Positions 38,457 to 47,931 of a stretch of 64,000 nt of DNA are shown one piece after another. Positions within the stretch are counted from its first letter, which is position 1. The number at the start of each line of letters is the position of its first letter. A program made the position numbers and the translations under genes. The DNA is from an uncultured Methanosarcinales archaeon. GTDB taxonomy: Archaea; Nanobdellota; Nanobdellia; Woesearchaeales; GW2011-AR9. Location: positions 67,072 through 131,071 of the forward strand of contig CAYFMM010000003.1 of NCBI GenBank assembly GCA_964344285.1, given 5' to 3'. The notes under the pieces were generated by a model that was given only the letters and a program-made list of their open reading frames with translations, was not told where the DNA came from and did no database searches.

Positions 38457-39278
38457 ATGAATCCATTCAAAATCATACGTACATATGGGATTAAAAGTAT
38501 TATTCAAAATATTTTCTCGTTAATGATTAGTGATGTTCATGTAGTGTCATTTGAGAAATGTGGCAGGACATGGCTTCGAGTGATGATTGCAAAGTTAATT
38601 GCAAAAAAACTAAAGAAAAAGAGATTAAATTTAGATACACAATTTATGACGTTAGGAAAAGCATTTCCAAATATTGTATTTTCACATGCAGGAGGAAATC
38701 AACTAAATAACAAGATTAATTTTAAGAAACTTTTCAAGAATAAAAAAATTATTTTTTTGGTACGTGATCCTAGAGATTTGATTGTGTCATTATATCACGA
38801 GTATACAAAGCGAAGAAAAATTTATGCAGGAAGTATTGCAGATTTTATACACGACAAGAAATATGGCATACACGCTCCAATTAAGTTTATGAATTATTGG
38901 GCAAAGGAAATGGAAAAAAGACCCCAAGATTTTTTATTAATTAGATTTGAAGATTTAAAAGATAATACGCAAAAAGAATTGCAACGGATTGTTGATTTTT
39001 TAGGTGTTAAAATCAACCAAGATATAATCCAAAAAGCAGTTGATTTTGGTTCTATGGAAAATATGCGCAGATTAGAACAAAGTAATGTTCTTAAAGATGC
39101 AAGACTAGCTCCTGTAGATAAAAAAGATCCTAATTCATACAAAGTTCGCAAAGGTAAAAAAGGAGGTTTTAAAGAGGAATTATCCTCCAAAGATATTGCT
39201 TTTGTAGAGGATTATATTAGAGATCATCTTACATTAAATCTAGAGTATTCAAAGAAATCCGACACCTCCGCAGACTAG
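38457..39278 (+). CDS. sulfotransferase family protein (PAPS-dependent)
   Basis: 5-prime PSB-like motif FEKCGRTWL and 3-prime PB motif FLVRDPRDLIVSLYH. Confidence 0.65.
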   Translation: MNPFKIIRTYGIKSIIQNIFSLMISDVHVVSFEKCGRTWLRVMIAKLIAKKLKKKRLNLDTQFMTLGKAFPNIVFSHAGGNQLNNKINFKKLFKNKKIIFLVRDPRDLIVSLYHEYTKRRKIYAGSIADFIHDKKYGIHAPIKFMNYWAKEMEKRPQDFLLIRFEDLKDNTQKELQRIVDFLGVKINQDIIQKAVDFGSMENMRRLEQSNVLKDARLAPVDKKDPNSYKVRKGKKGGFKEELSSKDIAFVEDYIRDHLTLNLEYSKKSDTSAD

Positions 39279-39415
39279 TGCATACCAGCTTGACCGGATT
39301 TCTGACGTTGCTCTTTTCCAAAAGATGATTAACTTGTATTTACATCTCGTGGCAAGAGCAACTTCTAGAAGATAGTACCATTACCTTTATAAGGGGAAAT
39401 TTTGCCATATTCTAC

Positions 39416-40210
39416 ATGAATTATTCTCGTGAGTTAGAACTTGCAAAGCAAGCTGCTGTAGAGGCTGGAAAGAGAGTTATGGAATATTATGATTCCAATA
39501 ATGCTAGTGTATATTCTAAAGAAGATAAAAGTCCTTGCACGGCAGCAGACCTTGCAGCAAATGAAATTATTGTTAAAAAAATTAAAGAAGAATTTTCAGA
39601 AGATGGAATTTTAACCGAGGAAGCAAAAGACGACTTAACTCGATTACAAAGAAGTAGAGTCTGGGTTATTGATCCATTAGATGGAACAAAAGAATTTATT
39701 TCACATAATGGAGAATTTACAGTAAATATTGCATTGGTTGAGAACAATGAACCTGTAATTGGCGTTATCTATGTTCCTGCACTAAAAGAATTATTTTATG
39801 GTTCTAAGGAGGGGAGTTTTGTAGAAAAAGACGGAGTTGTGCAAAAATTACAAGTTTCAACACGTTCAAATTTGAATGAAATGATCTTGGTAAAAAGTAG
39901 ATCTCATAGTTCTGCAAAAGAGGCACAATTAGAAACTCAATTTGCAGAGACTAAAGTGAGTGGAAGTTCTCTAAAAGGGTGTCGCATTGCTCAAGGTAGA
40001 GCTGATGTGTATTATAGATTTGGCCCAACTCATGAATGGGATATTTGCGCTATGAGTTGTATTCTTGCGTTTGCAGGAGGAGTTATGACTACTTTAGAAG
40101 GGAAATCTTTAAGATTCAACCAAGAGCAGACACTAATACAAGGTTTTGTAACATCAAACAATACAATTCATGAAAAGTTAGTAAATCTTAGCGAGGTACA
40201 AAATGGATAG
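39416..40210 (+). CDS. cysQ: 3-prime(2-prime),5-prime-bisphosphate nucleotidase (CysQ / inositol monophosphatase family)
   Basis: IMPase motifs WVIDPLDGTKEF and the later WDICA. Confidence 0.7.
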   Translation: MNYSRELELAKQAAVEAGKRVMEYYDSNNASVYSKEDKSPCTAADLAANEIIVKKIKEEFSEDGILTEEAKDDLTRLQRSRVWVIDPLDGTKEFISHNGEFTVNIALVENNEPVIGVIYVPALKELFYGSKEGSFVEKDGVVQKLQVSTRSNLNEMILVKSRSHSSAKEAQLETQFAETKVSGSSLKGCRIAQGRADVYYRFGPTHEWDICAMSCILAFAGGVMTTLEGKSLRFNQEQTLIQGFVTSNNTIHEKLVNLSEVQNG

Positions 40211-41006
40211 ATTAGATATGTTAGAAGCTCAGGCGATTTATGTTTTGCGAGAAGCATACAAGAAATTTGGAAAGTTAGGCATGTTATGGTCTATGGGAAA
40301 AGATTCAACTGTAATGTTATGGCTTGCAAAAAAAGCATTTTTAGGACATGTGCCTTTTCCGTGCATCCATATTGATACAACTTTCAAGTTTCCAGCAATG
40401 TACGAATATCGAAGTAAGATAGCAAAAGAATGGAATCTTAACTTGCTAATTGGAAAGAATGAAGAAGCACTCGCAAATGGTGTAAATTATGATAATTATC
40501 CTGCTCTTAAGGTTTGTGAAGAACTAAAAACAAATGCATTAAAGCAATTTGTTGAAAAGAATAAGTTTGAAGGTTTAATTTTAGCAATTAGATCAGATGA
40601 AGAGGGTTCACGTTCTAAAGAAAGGTTTTTTAGTAAAAGGAACGCTGATTTTGAATGGGATTATACTGACCAACCTCCTGAATTGTGGGATCAATTTAAT
40701 ACAGATTATAATAAAGAAGAACATATTAGAGTACATCCTATTTTGCATTGGACAGAACTTGATGTGTGGGAATATGTTAAACGGGAGAAAATTCCTTTAA
40801 TTGATTTATACTATGCAAAAGATGGGAAGAGATATAGAAGCTTAGGGTGTATGCCAATTACTCATCCAATCGATTCAAATGCACAAACTGTTGATGAAAT
40901 TATCGAAGAATTAAAACAAACAAAGGTCTCAGAAAGAGAGGGTAGAGGTCAAGATAAAGAAGATAAGTATGCACTACAAAAGTTAAGAGCAAAGGGGTAT
41001 ATGTAA
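40203..41006 (+). CDS. cysD: sulfate adenylyltransferase subunit 2
   Basis: PAPS-reductase-fold motif LWSMGKDSTVMLWLAKKAF. 8-nt overlap with the cysQ-like gene. Confidence 0.85.
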   Translation: MDRLDMLEAQAIYVLREAYKKFGKLGMLWSMGKDSTVMLWLAKKAFLGHVPFPCIHIDTTFKFPAMYEYRSKIAKEWNLNLLIGKNEEALANGVNYDNYPALKVCEELKTNALKQFVEKNKFEGLILAIRSDEEGSRSKERFFSKRNADFEWDYTDQPPELWDQFNTDYNKEEHIRVHPILHWTELDVWEYVKREKIPLIDLYYAKDGKRYRSLGCMPITHPIDSNAQTVDEIIEELKQTKVSEREGRGQDKEDKYALQKLRAKGYM

Positions 41007-41007
41007 A

Positions 41008-41214
41008 ATGGTTACAGAAAAAAAGAAACGAAGTATTGCAAAGGCGCTGAGTTGGAGAGTTACAGCAACATTAATTACAACAGTTCTTGTTTTTATATTT
41101 ACAGGTCAGTTTACATTAGCAATCTCAGTGGGGGTTGTTGAAGTCTTATTGAAAATGCTAGCGTATTATGCGCATGAACGTTCATGGGACAAAATTAACT
41201 GGGGGAGATTTTAA
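41008..41214 (+). CDS. small two-helix membrane protein (DUF2061-like) inside the cys operon
   Basis: 68 aa with two hydrophobic helices, tightly packed between cysD and cysN with overlapping stop and start. Confidence 0.4.
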   Translation: MVTEKKKRSIAKALSWRVTATLITTVLVFIFTGQFTLAISVGVVEVLLKMLAYYAHERSWDKINWGRF

Positions 41215-43085
41215 TGGATAAGGCACTCAAATTTGTTGTAGTAGGTCACGTAGATCATGGAAAATCAACATTAATTGGTAGACTATTAGCAGATACAAAC
41301 TCAGTCATGGATGGTGTTTTAACAAAAGTAAAAAATACATGTCAGGAGAAAGGCATTGAATTTGAGTATGCATTTTTGCTAGATGCATTTCAAGAAGAAC
41401 AAGAACAAGGGATTACAATTGATACTACAAAGATTGAATTTTCAACAGATAAAAGAGATTACACTATTATTGATGCTCCAGGACATAAGGAATTTCTAAA
41501 AAACATGGTTAGCGGTGCTTCTAGTGCAGAAGCTGCATTATTAATTATTGATGCTAAAGAAGGTGTAAGAGAGCAATCAAAAAAACATGCATATATTTTG
41601 TCCTTAATTGGGGTAAAACAAATTTATGTGATTATTAATAAAATTGACTTAGTTCAATATTCTCAAGAACGCTTTAACGAAGTGAAATTTGAGATGGATG
41701 CATATTTACGCAAGCTTGGAATAGAAGCTCAAAAATTCATCCCTATTTCTGCTAAGTTAGGAGATAATGTTGCGATGAGTTCCTCTAATCTTGCATGGTA
41801 TCAAGGAGAAACTGTTTTAGCTGCAATTGATAATTTTACAAAGAGTGAAGAGATGCATGACAAACCATTACGAGTTCCTGTGCAGGATGTGTATAAATTT
41901 GATGCACGTAGAATTATTGCAGGAAGAGTAGAAAGCGGTTCAATTAAAATTGGAGATAAAATCACGTTATATCCCTCATTAAATACTACAACAGTTAAGT
42001 CTATTGAAGAATGGAAAGTTCAGACTGAGAGTAATCAAAAGAAAGCTGGAGATTGTGTAGGGTTAACGTTTAATGATGAATTCTTTTTGCAAAGAGGCGA
42101 GGTTATTGCAAGAGCTGATGAAAAACCAAGAGTACGCAATTTATTGCATTGTAATTTTTTCTGGATGGGTAAAGAAGATCTTGCCATTGGTAAAAAGTAT
42201 AAATTAAAGCTTAATACACAAGAAGTAGAATGCGAGATCCACACAATTAATAGTGTTGTTGACTCCAATACTCTTGAAAAAATTCCCGGTAAGCATTCGT
42301 TATCTAAGAATGATGTAGGAAATTTAGTTATTAAAACAAAACAACCAGTTGTATTTGATGCATTTTCTGAGATTCCAACTACAGGAAGATTTGTGCTCGT
42401 AGATAATAATATTGTGTGTGGCGGAGGTATCATTGAGAATACAAGTAATGAATTGCAACAACGTGAAGTTGTAGAAACTAAAAGTGAATTAGTATCTCCA
42501 AAACAAGGTATGGTGTCTAATCTTGAGAGAGAAAAACGCCAAGGCCACCGAGGAAAAGTAGTGTGGATTACAGGACTTTTAGGAAGCGGAAAGGAAAAAA
42601 TTGCCCAATATGTTGAGCGAGAGTTGTTTGATAAAAGGATGGGCGTGTATTACCTTGATGCAGGAAATATTCGTTTTGGGTTGAGTTCCAACCTAGATTA
42701 TAGTGAGGAATCTCGTAAAGAGCATGTGCGAAGGATTGCTGAAACTGCAAACTTATTTGTGCAAGCAGGATTAATAGTTGTAGTTTCTGTTGTAAGCCCA
42801 TATAAAGAACATCGGGCCCTTGCAAGACAACTTATTGGAGAGAATAATTTCATGGAAGTATTTGTTGATGCTCCAATAGAAGTATGTAAGCAAAATAACC
42901 CACATGGCATTTATTCTTCTGCAGATCAAGGAAAGATCTCAAGTGTTCCTGGAGTCAATTTCCCTTATGAAAGATCAGATTATTTGATTTATACATTAGG
43001 GATTAACTCTAGTGAGGATAATTTGCAAGAAAAAGCAAAACAATTAGTAGATTTAGTTTGTAAAGATGTTACCAAACAAGATTAA
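41214..43085 (+). CDS. cysN: sulfate adenylyltransferase subunit 1 (GTPase) fused to a C-terminal APS-kinase-like domain
   Basis: EF-Tu-like GTPase motifs [12 protein letters not shown] and DAPGH. The C-terminal ~180 aa are APS kinase-like, but the P-loop reads GLLGSGKE (no Ser/Thr after GK). Confidence 0.85.
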   Translation: MDKALKFVVVGHVDHGKSTLIGRLLADTNSVMDGVLTKVKNTCQEKGIEFEYAFLLDAFQEEQEQGITIDTTKIEFSTDKRDYTIIDAPGHKEFLKNMVSGASSAEAALLIIDAKEGVREQSKKHAYILSLIGVKQIYVIINKIDLVQYSQERFNEVKFEMDAYLRKLGIEAQKFIPISAKLGDNVAMSSSNLAWYQGETVLAAIDNFTKSEEMHDKPLRVPVQDVYKFDARRIIAGRVESGSIKIGDKITLYPSLNTTTVKSIEEWKVQTESNQKKAGDCVGLTFNDEFFLQRGEVIARADEKPRVRNLLHCNFFWMGKEDLAIGKKYKLKLNTQEVECEIHTINSVVDSNTLEKIPGKHSLSKNDVGNLVIKTKQPVVFDAFSEIPTTGRFVLVDNNIVCGGGIIENTSNELQQREVVETKSELVSPKQGMVSNLEREKRQGHRGKVVWITGLLGSGKEKIAQYVERELFDKRMGVYYLDAGNIRFGLSSNLDYSEESRKEHVRRIAETANLFVQAGLIVVVSVVSPYKEHRALARQLIGENNFMEVFVDAPIEVCKQNNPHGIYSSADQGKISSVPGVNFPYERSDYLIYTLGINSSEDNLQEKAKQLVDLVCKDVTKQD

Positions 43086-43671
43086 TGCAACAAACATAAC
43101 GTGGCACAAAGAGGCTGTTACAAGAGAAGATCGCAGGACACTTCTTGGAGTTAAAAACAAGGTAGTGTGGTTTACTGGACTTTCAGGTTCAGGAAAATCC
43201 ACGTTAGCAAGAGAAGTTGAAAAAGGTTTACATCAGCAAGGTGTCTTGTGTTATGTGTTGGATGGCGATAATATTAGACATGGATTAAATCAAGATTTAG
43301 GTTTTTCTAAAGAAGAACGAGATGAAAACATTAGAAGAATTGCAGAAGTGAGCAAATTACTATACGAAGCTGGTGTTGTTGTATTAGTAAGTTTTATTAG
43401 CCCTTATAGAAAAATGCGTGATTTTGCAAGAAACTTAATTGGAGAAGATTTTGTTGAAGTGTTTGTTGATTGCCCTATTGAAGAATGTCAAAAAAGAGAT
43501 GTTAAAGGATTATATCAAAAAGCGTTGGCAGGGGAGATTACAGGATTTACAGGAGTTGATGATCCATATGAAAAACCAGAGAATGCCCAGATTACAGTTG
43601 AGACTTCTAAACTTTCTATTTCCAAGGCAAAGGACAAAATAGTTAGTTATCTGCTTTCTTTAAACGCATAA
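43066..43671 (+). CDS. cysC: adenylylsulfate (APS) kinase
   Basis: Canonical P-loop [16 protein letters not shown] and downstream APS kinase motifs. Confidence 0.85.
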   Translation: MLPNKINATNITWHKEAVTREDRRTLLGVKNKVVWFTGLSGSGKSTLAREVEKGLHQQGVLCYVLDGDNIRHGLNQDLGFSKEERDENIRRIAEVSKLLYEAGVVVLVSFISPYRKMRDFARNLIGEDFVEVFVDCPIEECQKRDVKGLYQKALAGEITGFTGVDDPYEKPENAQITVETSKLSISKAKDKIVSYLLSLNA

Positions 43672-44350
43672 ATTGAGAGATTAATTTTCTACAGAGTTCT
43701 AAGAAGAAAAAGAGTGCATAAATGAGAAGCGTGTAGTGTGCATATCCAAATAGTACTCCCCAAAACATAAAGTTAAAGATATATTCTAGGCGTAAGAATG
43801 CAAAGATGTTGTAAAGAAAATTTTTTTGATTTACAAGTAAGGAACCTTGCAGACAATGAGCTACTTTTTCTTGTTGTTCTTGTGAACCATACCACTGAGG
43901 GTTTAAGGTGAGTGCTTTATTGAGCAAGAAACTAAAAACAGCTATTGCACCAGCAAGTAAGTAGAGTGGATTTTGCTGGATTTTATATACACCAATAGTC
44001 AAGCTTACAAGTAGCGTAGGGTTTGCAATGTAATGACCGATATAATCAAGATAAATTCCGTTTAAAGAAAATATTTTTTTGTATCTTGCAACAATACCGT
44101 CTGTACAATCAATGATAAAGAATGCTTGGAAGAAAAATAGGCCTAAAACCATTTTGTGCCACTGCCCCGTTGCTAGGAATAGAGCAGAGACAATTTGGCC
44201 AAGAATCCAAATTACTGTTATTTGATTTGGCGTAAGCCTTGTCTTTACAAGAAGCTTAGCAGGATAAAACCCAAGATGATCTACCAAGCGGTAGAAGATG
44301 TCTCTTCGGTTACTTGAGGCAACTTGTTTAAGCTCTTTAATTGTAGGCAT
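43643..44350 (-). CDS. CDP-alcohol phosphatidyltransferase family membrane protein
   Basis: Motif DCTDGIVARYK...G.YLDYIGH within a polytopic membrane protein. Confidence 0.55.
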   Translation of the reverse strand: MPTIKELKQVASSNRRDIFYRLVDHLGFYPAKLLVKTRLTPNQITVIWILGQIVSALFLATGQWHKMVLGLFFFQAFFIIDCTDGIVARYKKIFSLNGIYLDYIGHYIANPTLLVSLTIGVYKIQQNPLYLLAGAIAVFSFLLNKALTLNPQWYGSQEQQEKVAHCLQGSLLVNQKNFLYNIFAFLRLEYIFNFMFWGVLFGYAHYTLLIYALFFFLELCRKLISQFMRLKKADN

Positions 44351-44379
44351 CTACCCTTTAAGATATAATGCGGTTATAA

Positions 44380-45528
44380 ATGTTTCCGAAGATTGTTCTC
44401 ATTTGTATACGCCATCACAATAGATTAAATACAATCTTATTTCCAGAAGTTTTAAAAGCAGAGTTGAGCTCAAGAGAAGATATGAATATTGCAATTGATA
44501 TTTGGCACCCTTCAGACATCCATTTTTTTAAGAATTTTATTGCAATTATGAAGGAAAAGGGCCACAAGATTCTTGTTACTTCAAGAAAAAAAGATATCAT
44601 TACAGATTTATTAGATAGTTATAAGATCGAACATGTTGTTGCTAGTAGAAAAGGAGAAGGATTCTTTGGCTTGGCTCGAGAGTTGTTAGAACATAATTAC
44701 AAGTTATTCAAAGCAGCAAGAAAATTTAAACCAGATATTTTTCTAGCATTTGGGGGGATGAGTATCTCTCATGTGGGAACATTAATGAGAAAGCCTTCAA
44801 TTAGTTTTTATGATACCGAACATGCAAGCTTAATCAAGTTTGTTACACTTCCGTTTATTACAAAAGTATGTACTCCAGAATGTTATTTAGATAATTATGG
44901 GAAAAAACAAATTCGGTTTAAGGCATATAAGGAGATGGCACATTTAACGCCAAAATATTTTACTCCAGACCCGTCTATTTTAGAAACACTTGGTGTAAAA
45001 AAAGGAGAACCTTATTTTTTAATTCGCTATATTTCATGGAATGCAAGTCATGATATTGGAGTAAATGGATTATCAGATCAGGCAAAAATTAAGTTAGTGG
45101 AGATGTTAGAAAAACATGGCAAGGTGTTTGTGTCTGCTGAAGAGAATATTATTCCAAAAGAGATTGCAGATAGGGTGATTAAGATAGATCCTAAAAAGTA
45201 TTTTGACATATTGCATTTTGCAAAGATGGTAATTACAGAAGGTGAGACTACTGCAACAGAAGCTGTATTATTAGGGACTCCTGCTGTATACGCAAACCCT
45301 CTACTTACAGGAGTGATGAAAGAACAAATTGAAAAGTACAAGATTGTAGAACACGCAGTAGGGCAAAAAGCCGTGTTTGCTAAAGTTCAAGAGATGTTAG
45401 AAAATAAGGGTTTGCAAGAGAATCTTGAGAAAAAAAGAGATCAGTTACTTGCAGATAAAATTGATTTGACAAAATGGATGGTAGAATATGTAAGTTCTTT
45501 TGACGTACGTATTAAGTCAAGTGAGTGA
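44380..45528 (+). CDS. GT-B-like protein of uncertain function (resembles archaeal DUF354-type glycosyltransferase-like proteins)
   Basis: 382 aa with Rossmann-like alternation (IAIDIWHPSDIHFF...ILVTSRKKD). No definitive motif. Confidence 0.3.
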   Translation: MFPKIVLICIRHHNRLNTILFPEVLKAELSSREDMNIAIDIWHPSDIHFFKNFIAIMKEKGHKILVTSRKKDIITDLLDSYKIEHVVASRKGEGFFGLARELLEHNYKLFKAARKFKPDIFLAFGGMSISHVGTLMRKPSISFYDTEHASLIKFVTLPFITKVCTPECYLDNYGKKQIRFKAYKEMAHLTPKYFTPDPSILETLGVKKGEPYFLIRYISWNASHDIGVNGLSDQAKIKLVEMLEKHGKVFVSAEENIIPKEIADRVIKIDPKKYFDILHFAKMVITEGETTATEAVLLGTPAVYANPLLTGVMKEQIEKYKIVEHAVGQKAVFAKVQEMLENKGLQENLEKKRDQLLADKIDLTKWMVEYVSSFDVRIKSSE

Positions 45529-45674
45529 GTAGCGCCCATCGAGGTGCATTACGTGCTAGATGGAAACTAAGTAAAAAGACGTAATAAGGGGCACCGTGCC
45601 CTGCTCACAGGAACGGACTTAATATTACCTTTTGACAAAAGTCATAAATAATGCGAATTAGAATTGGAAGAGAT

Positions 45675-46232
45675 TTATTTCCCAGAGCAAAGTTTAAGCA
45701 ACATTTTCTTACGTGTGTGATTAATTGAATCCAAAAGTTCTGTTGAGTTTACAGATTCATTTTTTGCAATAAATTCATCAATTGTTGTAATTTGTTTTGC
45801 AGGGTTACCTGCAACAATTGTATTTTTGGGTACTGATTTTGTGACTACAGAACCAGCTCCCACAATAGCATTTGGGCCAATTGTTACACCTGGCAAGATG
45901 ATAGAATCAGTTCCAATAAAAGAATTATCATGAATTGTAATACGTCCTAATTTAGGATTTAATTTTTTTTTCAAGCCTTTGCTAAGCATATGAATTGAAC
46001 CATCATGTGTTAAAAGTCGTACTCCTCTTGTTAGCCAAACATTATTACCTAGAGAGATTAATTCTGGTTCACTGCCAAAAAAAATATTGCGGGCAACAGA
46101 GCAATTTTTGCCGATACTCTTAATAAGTTTCATCTTTCTAATCAAATTAGCTCGCTTTGTATTACTCATTACAAGAGAGATTCTAATTAGTTTGAGCATC
46201 TTTTTTAGCCTTCTAAGAGTGTATTTAATCAT
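45675..46232 (-). CDS. hexapeptide-repeat O-acetyltransferase (maltose/galactoside acetyltransferase-like)
   Basis: LbH repeats and a C-terminal IVAGNPAKQI. Start placed at the internal Met MIKYTLRRL, because the long N-terminal extension in the ORF track is hydrophobic and overlaps the divergent gene. Confidence 0.6.
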   Translation of the reverse strand: MIKYTLRRLKKMLKLIRISLVMSNTKRANLIRKMKLIKSIGKNCSVARNIFFGSEPELISLGNNVWLTRGVRLLTHDGSIHMLSKGLKKKLNPKLGRITIHDNSFIGTDSIILPGVTIGPNAIVGAGSVVTKSVPKNTIVAGNPAKQITTIDEFIAKNESVNSTELLDSINHTRKKMLLKLCSGK

Positions 46233-46358
46233 ACCACAGATAAGAGACAATTTCTTTTTAAAGATTATGGAGGGAATAGGCTTCATCTGGGAAGGAGTAA
46301 TATCCCTTAAATTATAGGGAATTAAGACGTAAAAAACACAAATAATAAAAATGCAGAG

Positions 46359-46880
46359 TTGAGAGTAAGTAATATGCGAAAAGAAGAACAACATTTACGT
46401 AAAATTAATCTTGGTTGCGGCACTGATTATAGAGAAGGGTTTATCAATGTAGAAAATAGCCCATTTGTCAAAAAAGACGTTGAATGTGACTTAAATAAAT
46501 ATCCTTATCCTTTTGATGATGAGAGTATTGATGAAGTACATGCATATGCAGTAATGGAAAATTTAGACGATATAGTCAAGTTTATGGATGAAGTTTATCG
46601 GATATTAAAGCCAGGAGGGATGTTAAAGTTTAGATCTGCTTTAGCATTTACATATGTTGATGCAAAAGATCCCACTCACAAACAGCATTTTATCCCCGGA
46701 ACGTTTAATTTATGGCTCAAGGGATTTAATGATCAAAAGATTAGTAAAACTCAATTTAAAGGAAAGTTATGGGTAACAATTCCTTTCTTTCATAAACTAC
46801 GTTTTCCAGCAAGCCTACATATTTTAAATTCTTTTGTTAACAACATTTTTACGGGGATCGAAGGAGAATTTATCAAATAA
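46359..46880 (+). CDS. class I SAM-dependent methyltransferase
   Basis: Motif I INLGCGTDY and motif post-I LKPGGMLKF. Confidence 0.6.
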   Translation: MRVSNMRKEEQHLRKINLGCGTDYREGFINVENSPFVKKDVECDLNKYPYPFDDESIDEVHAYAVMENLDDIVKFMDEVYRILKPGGMLKFRSALAFTYVDAKDPTHKQHFIPGTFNLWLKGFNDQKISKTQFKGKLWVTIPFFHKLRFPASLHILNSFVNNIFTGIEGEFIK

Positions 46881-46918
46881 AGTGTATAGAGTTTAAAGAG
46901 ATTTAGAAAGATTAAATA

Positions 46919-47860
46919 TTGACAATGAAGAAAACTAATCTGTTTATTGTAGGAGCGCCAAAATCTGGCACAACAACAATGTTTGAGTTGTTAAAGCAAC
47001 ATCCGGATATTTTTGCACCAGAGAATCGTGAGCCTAATTTTTTTTGTCAAGATATTAACAGATCTGTGTTAAAATATCAGAAGGTACGTTTTTACAATCG
47101 TTGGTTTTATAGAACATATGTTGAGAAATTAGAAGAATACAAAAATATTTTTAATAAATGGGGAGATGAGAAATATGCACTAGATGGGTCATCAGGGAGA
47201 TATTTATATTCTAAAGAAGCTGCACAAGAGATTGCAGAATTTAATTCTGATGCTAAGGTTTTAATTATGATTCGTAACCCCATTGACTTTTTACGTTCCC
47301 TACATTCACATTTTGTTACGCATTTTAGCGAGGACATTGTTGATTTTAAAAAAGCTCTTGAAGCTGAGAAAGAGCGTAAACAAGGAAGAAAAATTCCAAA
47401 AGGTTCTAAGTGTCCTGCACAACAGTTTTATTCAGAGATCTCAAAGTTTAGTGAACAGATTACACGTTTTAAGAAATATTTCCCAGAAGAGCAAGTTAAG
47501 ATTATTATTTTAGATGATTTTAAAGATGATATGCAAAAAGTTTTCCAAGAAGTTCTTGATTTTTTAGGTATTAATGTCACACAAGAAATCAATTATGAGA
47601 TTAAGAATGTGAATAAAAAAGTAAGTTCAAAGTGGATGGGTAAATTTCTTGTTACATATCCTTTTGTTTGGAAGTTTTGTAAGAAGATCCTTCCAATAAG
47701 TGTATATCAAAAAATCCGTAATAAAGTTATTAAGCCACAAAAAAGAGAAAAATTAGACGTTGATTTTAGAAAAGAATTAGAGCAAAGGTTTAAAGAAGAA
47801 GTTGAAAGTTTGAGCAAGATTACAAAAAGAGATTTACTTTCACTTTGGGGTTTTACATAG
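46919..47860 (+). CDS. sulfotransferase family protein (PAPS-dependent)
   Basis: 5-prime PSB motif VGAPKSGTTTM and 3-prime PB region MIRNPIDFLRSLHSH. Confidence 0.7.
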   Translation: MTMKKTNLFIVGAPKSGTTTMFELLKQHPDIFAPENREPNFFCQDINRSVLKYQKVRFYNRWFYRTYVEKLEEYKNIFNKWGDEKYALDGSSGRYLYSKEAAQEIAEFNSDAKVLIMIRNPIDFLRSLHSHFVTHFSEDIVDFKKALEAEKERKQGRKIPKGSKCPAQQFYSEISKFSEQITRFKKYFPEEQVKIIILDDFKDDMQKVFQEVLDFLGINVTQEINYEIKNVNKKVSSKWMGKFLVTYPFVWKFCKKILPISVYQKIRNKVIKPQKREKLDVDFRKELEQRFKEEVESLSKITKRDLLSLWGFT

Positions 47861-47931
47861 TTAGAATGTCATGAATTAGACAATAACTTGATTCTTCCCA
47901 AAAATGAATCAAGAAGATTTGCTTATTTTAC

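Noticed and set aside
45529-45674. Attempted tRNA fold in the GC-rich segment after 44380..45528
   Set aside because: I could not find a matching acceptor stem, T-loop or anticodon arm on either strand. It is kept only as an unexplained structured element.
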